NCBI GenBank assembly: GCA_047495785.1
Contig: JBLDXI010000020.1
Location: 2,542,001-2,606,000, forward strand
Direction of reading: 5' to 3'
DNA length: 64,000 nucleotides
DNA from: Lepidodermella squamata
Taxonomy: Eukaryota > Animalia > Gastrotricha
Shown here one piece after another: positions 1-12,566 of this stretch. The notes beneath the pieces were generated by a model. That model was not told where the DNA came from. It ran no database searches and saw nothing but the letters and a program-made list of their open reading frames with translations. Made by a program: the position numbers and the translations under genes. The first letter of the stretch is position 1, and each line of letters opens with the position of its first letter.

Positions 1-1
1 T

Positions 2-499
2 GTTGCTTCGAACAAGCAGCCGTGGTCTATTCAAGCTCCTATTATCGCTCATGTCCCCCAAAGTTGCAAAATCCGAGCGGCGGTAGGTGCCGTTCCTTAC
101 GTCCCCACCGAGTATTCGAAGAAATCGTCGGATAAAGTTGAAAAAGTGGCTGTTTCTTCTGCCTGGCACGTCATTCCAAACACAGCCGAGGTGATATCTC
201 GACTTCTATCGGGCAAAGAAGCCGCCTCAAAATCGCTAACGCGTTGGCGGTATTCGCCGTTGCCGTTAACCGGCGATCCCCGGGTTTTGTTGGTCGAAGG
301 AAATTTTACGAATGCAACGCAATACTTCGGACCTGGAAGCAACGCAATGAAAGGGCTGGGTCTATACGACATTGCGACTCAGGAAAGTCCGATGGCAATA
401 GCTGGGTTGGTTATGAAAGAATCTGACCACATCCTGGACAAATCGGACCCTCGAGCGCCGTCCTATGTGCCGCTTCATTTCGGCACTGATACTTCGTGA
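2..499 (+). CDS. 3' end of an unidentified coding sequence, truncated at the window start
   Basis: Frame is open from position 2 to TGA at 497-499 (VASNKQPW...LHFGTDTS), more GC-rich than the AT-rich sequence that follows; no recognised motif. Confidence 0.35.
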   Translation, partial: VASNKQPWSIQAPIIAHVPQSCKIRAAVGAVPYVPTEYSKKSSDKVEKVAVSSAWHVIPNTAEVISRLLSGKEAASKSLTRWRYSPLPLTGDPRVLLVEGNFTNATQYFGPGSNAMKGLGLYDIATQESPMAIAGLVMKESDHILDKSDPRAPSYVPLHFGTDTS

Positions 500-1543
500 T
501 TCCAATCATTATTCATCATGCATATTTTCTCACTTCTTTCGCAAATTCCTGTTTAAAAAAGAAACTGATGTCATTTTTTCTTCTATGTGTGCCTATTATA
601 ATCTGTAGACTATTCAATCTCAACGTGCGATGTTTGTGCGGATCGGGTTGTTATTTTTTCAATGAGGGGTTTTTCGGAATATTTTTATTTGTGCAAATCG
701 AATCTTGTTCGGGAATAACATCATTTTTTGCCTGATCTTTGTAATGAAAAAAAACGTTTTATTTCGACCGGTTATTGCGAAAAATCCAAACGACATGAAA
801 ATCGAGCGGCTTATTACCCTCTCATATTTTTTCCTAATTACTGCTTGGTAAAAAAAAACTGAAAAATAAGCTTTTAATAATTGAAATTCCTAATATTTTA
901 ATAGCCATTGAGTGAAACGTAGATGTGTTTGGTAGTTTTTGTCTTGTGATATTTGTTGAGTTGCCGAACGTTTGGTTATCAAGAAGATTTATATCTAATG
1001 GTTGTTTAGTTTGTGGCGTGTTGAAACTGTATGTCACCCCTGTATTTATACATAAGTTTGCGATATCGAGGCAGCCGTCCAAATGTGTATAATAATTTTG
1101 TTATAATCTCGACTTCGGGTGCTTTATGAATGGTATATTATTCGGCGGAAATTTGCGGAAAGTCGTTGGATCTGAATAAAAATGGGTCAAAGCAAGTTAT
1201 TTCTTTTTAATGTTGCTGCTGACGTGGTTTTTTTGAACGCTTTGCGCTGTTCAAAATCAGTGCTATCATGTGACCAGAGCTGATCGAATTTCTTCGCCTG
1301 AGGAAAGATAGGGCGAGGTCTAACTGACAAGGCCTTTATGGTCGAATGGCAGTATTGCCTAATGTCCGATGGCATTAATGGCCAATGCCTGATTCAGAAA
1401 TTATTGTTCCGAGAAATTTGACCTCTTTTAGAAATCGATAATTCTGGGGCTTCAAGAGCATTCCTGACTTGAGAATCCTCGACAGGACTTCTCTTATGGT
1501 CTTTCTTAGTCTTTCTTAGTCTTCGATAGTGTCTGCCTAAATA

Positions 1544-1875
1544 CAGCGTGTCCAAGAGGTTGCGCAACTATTCAAATTCAACTAATTTGTTTAAATCAAC
1601 CTACAAAATTGACCTAACCGAAGAAATCAACAATTTACCGGAGAAACCCCGGAAAACCCCGACGGTAACTGGTTCGGTAATTTTCGGTATTTTACCCCGT
1701 TGTACCAAATTTTTCCGGACTTTTTTAATCCCATTAACAAGTGACATAATAAGACTTAATAAGTACTTGATTACTATTCTCGTGATTTTAGGAATTTTCT
1801 GAGGCCTCTCATTTTAGATTTTCTGAGCCCTTTTCCATGTATTTTCTTTGCTTGCGTTATTTACGTGACACGCTG
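1544..1875. mobile_element. Tc1/mariner-type MITE, copy 1
   Basis: Ends TA|CAGCGTGTC...GACACGCTG|TA (terminal inverted repeats, TA target-site duplication); internal sequence (ccggagaaacccc...ggtaactggttcggtaattttcggtatt...ggactttttaatcccattaaca) matches 45037-45418. Confidence 0.8.
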
Positions 1876-2481
1876 TATTGATGTCATCATGTCCAACGAC
1901 ACACGTATTATACAAGAGGCCGTCAAGAAGTTGGTTCACATGATTTTGCATGTCATTCGATGCATTTTTTATTCCGAATTGCATTCGAGTACAATTTCTG
2001 ATCTGGTTCGAAATGTTTCTGTATTCCGTGCCATCCAATATTGCTTAATTCCTTCAGTCGCAACATCTTAAAACTGTTTACTGGTGAACTTATCTATTCG
2101 GGAGTTACGATCGATCGTAAACGACATGTCTCGGCGCTAATGAAGGGTTGATAACCCTTGAACTGAGTTCTTCCTACATCTATTAGACCGAAGAACAAAT
2201 AAGAAATCGGTTAAGCGAAGCTCTTCTTAGATATTTTATTGTAGTTTATCTCGGGCTTTTATAGCCACCAGCACGCTAAATTGGATAATTAATTGTAATG
2301 ACAGGCTACACGTGATATTGCTGGCACGAGCGCTGTCTAAAGCTGAAGATTGAGATATTTAGCTTTGGGGCAGGTAATATAATAGCGACCTCTCACTTTC
2401 GGTTAAATGCTTTTGCATAGCTCTAGTTCTCGCGCATCCGAATAGTCTGAAAACTCAACACGCAAACCGCTCTGTCTAACA

Positions 2482-2787
2482 TCAGATCTTGGCGTAGTTC
2501 TTATTGAATAATCCACCATCGACAATGTTAGTCTTGCCGACACAGCTTGAGAACAACTGACAGAAGCGGAGATTAATGTCAGCCTGGAAAGCCCGGCAAT
2601 TTTTGTTAGCGTTGCACTTGGCAGCACACGCATTGACGTTTGGAACATCCCGTATGTTGATACCAACGTAGTTATCAGTCCATGCGCAACTCTTTGAAGA
2701 ATACCTGTAGCCAGGAACATTGATCTGCGCTGCAATAGCTGAAATGACCACCATGATAACACATGCAGACAACAAAGATCCAGCCAT
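2482..2787 (-). CDS. Small secreted PAN/apple-domain protein (101 aa, intronless)
   Basis: MAGSLLSACVIMVVISAIAA signal peptide, then six Cys in PAN-like spacing (C...NACAAKCNANKNCRAF...FCQLFSSC). Confidence 0.7.
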   Translation of the reverse strand: MAGSLLSACVIMVVISAIAAQINVPGYRYSSKSCAWTDNYVGINIRDVPNVNACAAKCNANKNCRAFQADINLRFCQLFSSCVGKTNIVDGGLFNKNYAKI

Positions 2788-4780
2788 TTTAATAATGAAA
2801 TTACGAATCTTGACAGAAGAAAATTTGCAATTGATAGTTTCAGCGGAATATCGGTGGTATTTATGGAGTAAAGCCAGTGCTTTGGAACAGCAAGAGCTTG
2901 ATGACACAGCATTTTGCTGCTAAAAATACTAAGAAGTACGCGGCTAATCGATTATATATGCTATTAATATCTGTATTTTAAATGTCTTTTAGTCACATGC
3001 AGCAGGTGTCGAGTTATTTTCGACTATTTCTTCAAACATTAGTCACCATAGAATGTACTAGGTACGTAGTGACTGACTGTAGGGGAAACTAAGACAGCTT
3101 TGTGGCCTTGGCTTAAGCTTTGCTAGCTTATTGACTGTGATGCTAACAATACTCAATGTGATCGTTGAGCGGGAAATTCAGCGGCCAGTTGCTAAAAGTT
3201 CGGAAAGCACGGTAAAACGGTATGCGTCTGTTCAGAAGAAGCTCTACGGATGATTCTGCAGCACCTTTCTGATGGCTCAATACGGCCATAGCTGATCGAA
3301 TTTATTTGCTGGCCCATGCCTGAGGAGAGATAGGGAAAATTTATTTGACAAGACAAGGCCTTCAAGGTCGGATTGCTTCAAAATTAGGTCGTGGCAGAAG
3401 CCCTGGAAATACGCCTTGCTCAATATGAAACATGACCTTGAAGCGCCGCATTCAGAATGGCTAGTGATAAGTGAATTTTATGCAGTTTGCTAGTTGTGGC
3501 AGAATGGTAACAGAGGCCTCTTTATTCTTCGGCACTCAGTAGAGAATCCATTAACATTGGCAAGTTGTGAAAAGATCGCCCAAGCGACTTCGAAAAGCCT
3601 AAAAACTAGTTTAATTTTTTCAAAGTTTACTTCGGGAAATATTCAATACAAATTGTCTAGAAACATTTATTTTTAATTTTAAAACATGAATTCTCATGCA
3701 AAATTACTAAATTGGAAATTCGACAACGGCCATCACATTTGGCGGTAAAAATTCAATTTGAAAAGTGCCTGTCACCGCACACTATTCGGCGCCTAGTTTG
3801 TTTCGTTTTCTTTTGCCTGTCACGGCGGCAACGCTACCCTCAGTTTTTCAAAACAAAATTTCGCGCTGTATCATCCTTTTCCCAAGTATTCTCGATAGAA
3901 TGTGCTGGCTCCAGCCTGTTTTTATTGTGATTGTCTGTGCTTTTTGCCTCATTTGCAGCTTGCGTATTGATATCGTTTTTGCTCTTGAACCGGCTGTTGT
4001 CAATGTTTGCGCAGAGTATATGATGCGAAGATCGATGGGGTAAGCAAGGATGGGGTGCCACTGCTTTCATCGTATTCATCACTTTAACAGAAAATCTTTG
4101 GGGCTCTCAGATTATGGCTAGTTTTCTAAGATTTGACATCTGATTAAACGAATTTTCTATAATTACTTATCCAATGACATTGTGTTATTGTGAATTAGAG
4201 CGATGTGTTTACGGGTAGTGGTCACACATGGGCATGTATAGTATTTTTGCAAATATGACTTGCGGCTCCCTTTGAAATGTGCTCCTGCGCACATTTTTTG
4301 TCATTTTCAGCGCGCATGCAAGATGTGGTTGCAGCGAAAACAAATGGGAACTACTAAAATCATCATGGCACATGATTGGAAGCAATTTGCACAAAAATAG
4401 TAGCAAGTGGAAGCGTAGCAAGTAGCATAACAGTGGCCCGCTGGTGAATGGCCCGCTAACTTCACTTCACGAATGTTTTTGATTTGGTATTTTTGGAACT
4501 TATCAGATTCGTGTTCAAGTAGCTTGAAATTGTTACTACATATTTGAGCATGTCTAGAAAACAGAATGAATTTATCTTTGATTTACCTTTCTTGAATGTT
4601 AGGAAACTGCACTTTTGATTATGAGAAACGCATCTCACTAATTTATACTGATATTGATCTGTTTCTGCATCAACCTATGTTATGTGATTAAATCCGTTTA
4701 ATTGCTATAAAATAACTAATAAAATAACTTGCTATCTCATTTCTTTGCAGTTATTATAGATATTTATTTCCTAGCCGAGA

Positions 4781-5447
4781 ATGAAATTCATCTTGTTCAC
4801 CGCTGTTGCGCTGTGCCTTGCATCAGCAAGCTTTGCTAAGCCTCGCCTCATCGCCCAGAAGGTCGTTCTTAACGATTTCATCGTCGAAGGAAAAGATCTA
4901 ACTGTCAAATATTACATCGTTAACATCGGTACATTGTAAGTTGAACGATTTTTACCTATTTCTGTTTACAAAATGTATTTTTTTCGTAAAAGGGCTGCCA
5001 CCAATGTCAAGTTTTCTGATGCTGCCAGCTACCCGAGCGACCGTGTCGAAGTTGTTCACGGTAAAACCGAGTTCTCATGGGACAGGATTCTGCCGTAAGT
5101 TGTCGCTATTACTCACTAGGCAATAATTAATCTTTGAACTAACCAGGAGTGGCAACGTGACGCACATCGTCATCATGAAGCCTCTGTACGCTGGCCGCCT
5201 GAACATCAGCTCTGCTGAAATTACCTACAACTCGGAAGCCGCCGAGGACACCGAAGTTCGACATGGCTACTCCAGCGAGGGCGAAATCTTCGTCATGTCG
5301 CGCCGCGACTTCGAACGCCGCATGTCCTCGCACTTGCTCGACTGGGCCGTATTCTTCGCCATCATTGCGCCAACCATTCTGATTCCGTACATTCTCTACT
5401 CCGGCTCTGCTAGCAAGTACCTGGACTCCAAGTCAAAGAAGCAGTAA
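4781..5447 (+). CDS. SSR2: Translocon-associated protein subunit beta (TRAP-beta); exons ~4781-4935, 4993-5094, 5147-5447
   Basis: Signal peptide, then LNDFIVEGKDLTVKYYIVNIG, SWDRILPSGNVTHIVIMKP, RRDFERRMSSHLLDWAVF and a C-terminal TM helix; two short GT-AG introns keep the frame. Confidence 0.92.
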
Positions 5448-5760
5448 CGGCATGAAATCTACCTTAGAACGTCCTTTCAAACTCATATATTCTAAGTGAA
5501 AATCAGATGTTTTGTTCCGATGCTTGTCTACGAGGCTGAATAAACGTGGTACTGAAGCGTTGTCTCTTTTCGAGCATTGTTCATGATGTTGTGAACCAAT
5601 GTTTTGTAGTAAAAAAAATGGTCCGACTGCGCGATGAAAATAAATGAGACAAAAATTTCGGAAAAATCACGAGTTTTATTAGCAAGCACATGATAAATAA
5701 TATCAAAGTCCGTGAATCTTCGTTGGAATTCGAATCATTTCATGGAAGATAACGTCAATG

Positions 5761-7784
5761 TTACAGCTTAGCTGCAGAATTAGCGCGAATACCAGAACCG
5801 ATGAGTTCAACGTGGCCGCTAAGGCAAATTTCGCCGGTTTCTTCAACAACGGTCTGGAATAGCACGAGGAATTTCATGCTTTCATTTTTCGACCGTTGCC
5901 ACATTTTCGTGCGCAGAGTTTGACCCGGCAAGACTGGTTTCGAAAACCGAACCTTGACCGCCGAAAATTCCGCAGGGCTGAAGGCGTCCAGGATATGACG
6001 AACAGAAAATCCGAACGTGCATAGTCCATGCAAAATCGGGCGCGGGAATCCGCCAATCGCCGAGAAATTCGCATCGATATGCATCGGATTCTTATCACCC
6101 GACAGCCTGTACAACGCATTTTGGTCCAACGGAATTCGCTCAACTTTTTCAACATCAGGCCGCCGTGAACGCTCAGCATCGCTCAAATTCACCAACGGAA
6201 TTTGTTTATCGCTCTGTTTCGGTCCGCCGAAATTTCCGGATCCTTTCACAAAAACGACAAATTGGTTGTGCGCCAGGGTTTCACCGGTTTCAGCACTCTT
6301 CGTCACGGAATCCAGGATAATCGTAGCACCCGATCGTTTATCGACAATATCCGTAACTTTCGCCTCGGATATGACCTTGCCAGATTTCGGGAACGGCTTG
6401 AAAACCTTCAAATACTGCTCGCCGTGTAGCAAACGCGACAAATCAATTTGAATATCAGGAATTCCGTCCAATTGGAATAAAATATCCTGAGCGGGAATGA
6501 CGCCGAAAGTGGGGAACACCGTGAAACTATCGTTGCCTTCATACAAAAATTTCAAATCGTTGGGATTCGACTGAGAGCAGCCAATGCCAAGGGCGTACAA
6601 AATCGCTCGGTCGACGTTGTATTGAAAAGCGAGTTTGGGCATCTTTTTGCCAACCGCATCTCGCCACGTGCCGGTTTTCGGCGCCTCTTCACCCGATTCA
6701 CCGCTATCAACCGCCGATTTTGCGACATTGATCACGTGATTGGCCGTATCCATCGGCGACTCTGAAGCGATAAGATCGCCCCGCGCGAAATCCGCGACTT
6801 CAGCCCATCTTTCTCGCAGAGCCTCCGGTGAAGTTCGCAGGGAAGGCGGTAGGATGGTGCCCTCAGTTCGGAAATATTTAACCTTGGCAGTCCAGCCACC
6901 CCCAGTTTCGAAAATACCGCCATTTTCCTGACTTTCCTCGCTGCACAGGTGGAGGACGATCGGAACGCAGAATTCAGGTTTCATTGCCTCGACCACGTCA
7001 TTAGGTAGAACGGTTTGGGTGAGACGGGTGCCGGCATTTGGGCAAACAACATTGGTGAATACGTTATATTTTTCGCCCTCTTTAGCCAGCGATCGAGCGA
7101 ATCCGACCAAACCGGCCTTTGCTATAAAATAATCATGAATTACATTGAAATTGCGAGTTGAACTAATTTTTTACCAGCCGCATAGTTAGTTTGCCCGAAA
7201 TTGCCGTAGAGACCAGACGGTGAGCTGGTCATGATAATTCGGCCGAAATTTTGCTTCTTCATCGTTGGCCAGGCAGCGTGCGACGTTTTGTAGGCGCCAG
7301 TCACATGCACCTGCATGATTTTAGCCCAATCTTCATCGGTCATTTTGTGGAAAGATCTGTCGCGCAAGATTCCGGCATTATTGACCAAAACATCGATTCG
7401 GCCGAAATTATCGAGAGCTGTCTTGACAATGCGGTCTCCGTCTTCAACAGAATCTTTTAAAAAAATTTGATTATTTTCCTCGTAATTTTCGATTTTTTTA
7501 AAGAAAATTTACCGTAATTTGCTACAGCTTTGCCACCTTTCGATTTGATCTCAGCAACCACAGTATCGGCAGCACTTGCGCTCTTTCCATCGCCAAAGGC
7601 TGAACCACCCAAATCATTCACTATAATTGAAAAAGGTTTAAAAATAATCGGTAAAAATTTGGCGTAACTAACCCACAACAGCAGCTCCACGTTCGGCAAA
7701 TGCTAGAGCGTATGCTCTGCCTAACCCAGCACCGGCGCCGGTCACAACAACGACACGGCCGGCAAATTTAAAAGGTCCAGACAT
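5761..7784 (-). CDS. HSD17B4: Peroxisomal multifunctional enzyme type 2, copy B: SDR dehydrogenase + hydratase-2 (MaoC hot-dog), no SCP2 domain, C-terminal PTS1 AKL; 4 exons
   Basis: [34 protein letters not shown]; hydratase motif [13 protein letters not shown]...[10 protein letters not shown]; ends SAAKL*. Confidence 0.93.
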
Positions 7785-7850
7785 AATTTAACTTAAAATA
7801 AAATGCTAAAATAAATCAGACAAAAATAATCAATTTTTCAAAATAATTGT

Positions 7851-10637
7851 TCACTTTTTAGGTTTTCCAGAAGATTTCGCAACATCTATCACGTGCATGA
7901 AAGTTTCGGTAGCAGAGTCATTTGAAATAAGTTCCTGTCGCGAAAAATCGGTCAATTCAGCCCATCGGTCTCGCAATGCCTCGGGTGAAGATTTTTGGTC
8001 CGTTGGCAGTACAACGCCAGGAGTTCGGAAGTACTTGGTTTTCGCCGTCCAGCCGCCGCCAGTTTCGAAAATTCCACCGTTCTCTTTGCTATGTTCGCTG
8101 ACTAAATTGAGCACGACCGGGACGCAGAATTCAGGTTTGAGGGCTGCAACAACTTCACTCGGCATAATTGTTTCGGTCATTCGAGTTCCAGCGTTAGGAG
8201 CTACGACATTAGTGAAAACGTTGAACTTTTCGCCTTCCTTAGCCAATGTGCGCGCCAATCCAACGAGACCAAGTTTCGCTACAACGAAAATTTGTAAATT
8301 TTAAATTCCATCAAGTTTATGGAATGTCATGTGAATGTCATGAAAGTTCATTAATAAGTAGATTGAGGAATTTTTCATGTCACGTTTAGTCACTGTCGGA
8401 ATAATACGCCTGTGAGTCTCTTTGTTTTAGAGCATTGTCGCTGATTGACGGCGGTTCGTCTTTCGGTCATGTTATTTTTGCCCCGAGCCTTCCACCTCAA
8501 CCCCGCCACCCGCTAAAACCCTTTATCCGAGGGATCCTTATTTCCTGTCAGCTGTTGTATCAACTAACCCGACAATAGACGCCTCAACCTAAATTGGCCA
8601 GACAACTGGCTCTTCCATTCACCCGACAATTGGCTCTTCAACTCACCCGACAACTGGACCCTGGTCGTATTTTTCTCAAGGCTAGCAGGGCTCAACTCGG
8701 ATGGCATTGACACTGCTACAGTACAATCCTTTTAATGCACTAGCCAATTACTGATCTTGAGCCTAGTAAACATGGCTATCCGGGGTAAAGATTATCTTCG
8801 AAGACCCACTTTTCGCAGATCGTCGCTTAAGAAAATATTATTTGCCATGCTCTGTTGCTAGAAATATTGAAAAAGATGGAAACTCAGAATTCATTCACTA
8901 CCAGCCCACCATCTCGAAATCAACCTTCCAAGATGTTTTCATGATCCAATTGCAGCAGCTCCTGATCGGGAATAATCGGGAATGCTGCCGGCCTGTCTAC
9001 CTTCTTGAATGAAACGGAAGGATGAGCTCTTTAACGAAGTTATTCTCTGCATTTGATTCCGAAGAACGACGAAAAACACCCGATGTATATGAAGTTTTCC
9101 TCATCACTGTCTACTCCACATCCAGGTTAGTCTCTTTGCATTGACTTTTATGACGATTAGCTTGAACTCAGCTTTTAATATTGGCTATGGCTAATGTAAG
9201 CAGTTCATCACTCCATTTTTTTGTTTTCGGCACAACGCACTCTACATTATGTGGAATTGTGATAACGTATGCCTTCAAACTAGCGGCTGGGCTGTCTTGC
9301 CGTAGTGCTATTGAAAAGTTTGCCGACGAAGTTGCTCGATTGCACGATTCCCAAGTGGAAAACTGCACCGATAAAAAGCACAATCCCGTTGCATGGGTCA
9401 GCAAGCGGCAACCCTCCACGGCTCTTTTGCCCGTGGCTTTGTGGTGGCGTGGCTTTGTGTTACCGTCCAAATAAAAGAGATCGTTTTAACGTCGTTTCGC
9501 GTCTTTTTGAACTCCCGTCACCGCTACAAGGCCGAGGTGGAGTATAAAATTGTATTAGTGGGTCATGGTTGAATGAACGCAGGTCGCGCCCAACTATCAA
9601 TTTACCTATAGGTAAGATATCTGTCTGATTCTGCATCCTCAATTTTTCCATCATCAACAGACCATCTTTTAGCGGAACCCAATTGTAGATAAAAGCAAAA
9701 GGTTGATTTTCGAATATTTCTACGAAATTGAACCAATGTATGCATTCATAGTTAATTTTACGCTGAATTCAAAGATGATTTATTTTGAATTATGCTGATC
9801 ATTCTTGAACGATTCGAAAAGTGGTTTTAGGCCCATTGAAAATTCCAAATGTGGTTCTACCAGCAGGCAAATTTGATTCCGCTAAAATTTAGACCCGGTA
9901 CTACATAACTTGCTTTGCCAAGTGTTGACTTGTACAGCGTTATTTATATATTGAGATGAACTGAAACTTGAACTGTAACTTCACGTTATAATTGAAGACT
10001 CTAACTTAAAAATGCGATTAACTAACCAGCCGAGTAATTAGCCTGGCCAAAATTGCCGTAGAGACCGGACGGCGAGCTGGTCATCACGATGCGGCCGAAT
10101 GACTGCTTTTTCATCAAAGGCCAGGCGGCATGCGACGTTTTGTAAGATCCAGTCAAATGAATTTGAATCACCTTGGCCCAGTCGTCATCCGTCATTTTGT
10201 GAAACGAACGATCGCGCAAAATTCCAGCGTTGTTAATCAAAACATCGATTCGGCCAAAATTTTCAACGGCTGATTTTACAATGAGATCACCATTTTCAAC
10301 AGAATCTTGATTAAAAACATTGAATTTTCAGAAATTAATAATTTATTCCGAAATTAACCATAATTAGCCAGCGCTTTTCCTCCTTTGGCTTTTATTTCAG
10401 CTACAACTTTGTCGGCTGCGTTTGAGTTTTTACCATCACCAGATGCTGAAACACCCAAGTCATTCACTGAAAAATAAATTCCAGAGTTTTCCTTTCCTCA
10501 GTTCATGTATTATTGATGAGCAGACCTATTACAGAGGCACCGCGTTCTGCTAGAGCGAGCGCATAGGCTCGACCCAAACCAGCCCCGGCGCCAGTCACAA
10601 CTGCAACTCGGCCAGTAAATTTCAACAACCCAGACAT
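7851..10637 (-). CDS. HSD17B4-like copy A: SDR dehydrogenase domain only, no PTS1; 4 exons with a ~1.75 kb third intron
   Basis: [47 protein letters not shown]; same intron positions as copy B; stops at SSGKPKK* where copy B continues into the hydratase. Confidence 0.88.
8567..8660. repeat. Short degenerate tandem repeat (~23 nt unit, cacccgacaa(t/c)tggctcttc) in an intron
   Basis: About four copies of the (c/a)ccgacaa core, visible directly. Confidence 0.55.
8700..9480 (+). pseudogene. Possible decayed Mutator(MULE)-like transposase inside intron 3 of HSD17B4 copy A
   Basis: Interrupted fragments [11 protein letters not shown] and [21 protein letters not shown] resemble MULE transposase segments; many stops and frameshifts; matched by eye only. 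Confidence 0.3.
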
Positions 10638-10821
10638 AATTTACAATAAATAATAAAATTTCTGAAAGAAATCATGAGATTCATTTTTGCTACACACAAC
10701 CAAAATTTTGTTTATTGCAAAGATTCTCACATGAAATGAAAGACAAAACATAAATTTATCTGGGGGAAAACTCAGATAAGGGGCAGTATCACGATAATTT
10801 TTTGGACTTTTCAATAAATTT

Positions 10822-12460
10822 TCACAGCAACTCGCCGAAAATTCTCGGACCCTGGCCCAGTTCCCAAATCATGATACCAGTATTCATTTGCTGGGCCATT
10901 TCGATTTTATCGGCAAGTGATCGCAGAGTAGGGTAGAACAACATGTGCTGCTCCCCCTTCTCGCTATCGGTGTACGACACGTAGTTCTCATGGCCAAATG
11001 TGTCCCACTGAATCTTCGGCTTGTATTTCCGCAAAACTTCGAGAAAATCGCGGGCCAATTTTGGCTGAGGGTATTGCCCGCTCTGAAAATCGTAGCCGTA
11101 AAAGTTAAGACCTGTAAGCAATTTTTTGCGATTCGGCTCGCCATCGGCCACCAAAATTTCCAAATTAGCCCTGGCCCATGGCAACGGAGCGATTGGACCC
11201 GGTTTTCCTTGCGGTGAGAAGAAGTCGTAGGTCATCAGAGTTGCGTAATCGACAACAGGTGCTATTTCAGCGAAATCTTTTCGAGTGATGAACTGGTTTT
11301 GCCTGAGCAACAATATTTTTCATGATGTTTCCCGGAAATCAGAAAAACTCACGTCGAGAGTTCTCGAATAGCAGGTGGCAAGACCAAAATCGCCAATCGG
11401 TCTTCCTGGTTCAACGCCATTTTCAAATCGCCCATGAAATGAACTATTTCCCTGAAGATAAAGCCAAAAAACTCATATTAAACAGTCCAAATTATTGCAA
11501 AGCTTATCGAAAATAATTCCTCAACAACTCGTATTCTCAAGCTTCAAAGTAAGGAATAAATATCATAAGAAACTTCAAGCCACACTCTGGCTAAATTGTT
11601 GGCTGAACTGTGCCAAAACACCCTAAATTGTCATAAAACAAAAAAGCATCAGCGCCCTCTTCTCCCTACTCCCTTCATTTTTCATTTTAGACGCAGACCT
11701 ATATATGTTTTCCGCTCATAAGAAATCAAAATAAGATTTAGGGTTAACAAAAGCTAGGTCAATGCGCTCACTTCAGATATTCTTTTCCAGCCTGGAGCAG
11801 GACTTCAATGACCATCCCGTCAAACTTATGCTGTTGACAGGTGGATTTAATTGCTCGAATGCAGTTATGCATATATTGTTCATTGCCAAAGAAAGCATCG
11901 TAATCCGCAGTCTTCCAGTTGTCAAAAATCGCCCGAGGGACTATTTTCAGGCTCGGGTTGCGTGACTTCAGTTCATTCATCCAACCCTGATCGACATCGT
12001 GAGTTCCAGTGAAGAAACACGACTGAGCCTCGGCAGCTGCTCGAATTTGGAGCCAAACAGGCGAAATCATGTCGAATTTAACAGCAAACTCTTTCGCGAA
12101 GTCGTAGCCATAATTATTCCACTTAAATTTATATCATTAAAGCATGGGTAACTTTCTACATGATCAACTCACTGGAGTAACAAAGCCAAGCGTAGGGTTC
12201 GGAAAATTTTTCTTGGGGTTCTCCGAAGCGTAGCCATCATAATACCTCATCACATCTGGGCGGGAAACATCGGATTTGAGCAAACCCAATTCCTCGAGTG
12301 ATTTTTTCAGAATTTTAGGTCCTTTCTTGTCATCAGCAGGTTCGGATTTTTCAGGCTGAGCGTCCTCTGCTTGCTTTTTCGCCTTTTTCTCCTTCTTGTC
12401 CGAGGCTGAGAGGGTTGCAAAAGCCAAGCCAACACACAAAATCAGAATAAATAATCTCAT
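10822..12460 (-). CDS. CHID1: Chitinase domain-containing protein 1 (GH18-like, secreted), multi-exon
   Basis: Signal peptide MRLFILILCVGLAFA then TLSASD; LGFVTPWNNYGYDFAK, ISPVWLQI, HDVDQGW, FDGMVIEV (lacks full DxDxE), LMTYDF, GLNFYG, IWELGQG. Confidence 0.9.
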
Positions 12461-12566
12461 TTTCTCTCTAAGGAAATCAATTGGTTTAACAAAAAACGAA
12501 ATCAAGTAGCACAGCGGTTTTATTTTTCGGAAAATGATGAGATAGAAAGCCATTCAATTTTCGGAA

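Noticed and set aside
7784-7860. Single Fox2-like fusion gene joining HSD17B4 copy A directly to copy B
   Set aside because: An in-frame TAA lies two codons upstream of the copy B ATG, and the only nearby donor (AA|GTGAAC, phase 2) does not match the phase-1 acceptor of B exon 2.
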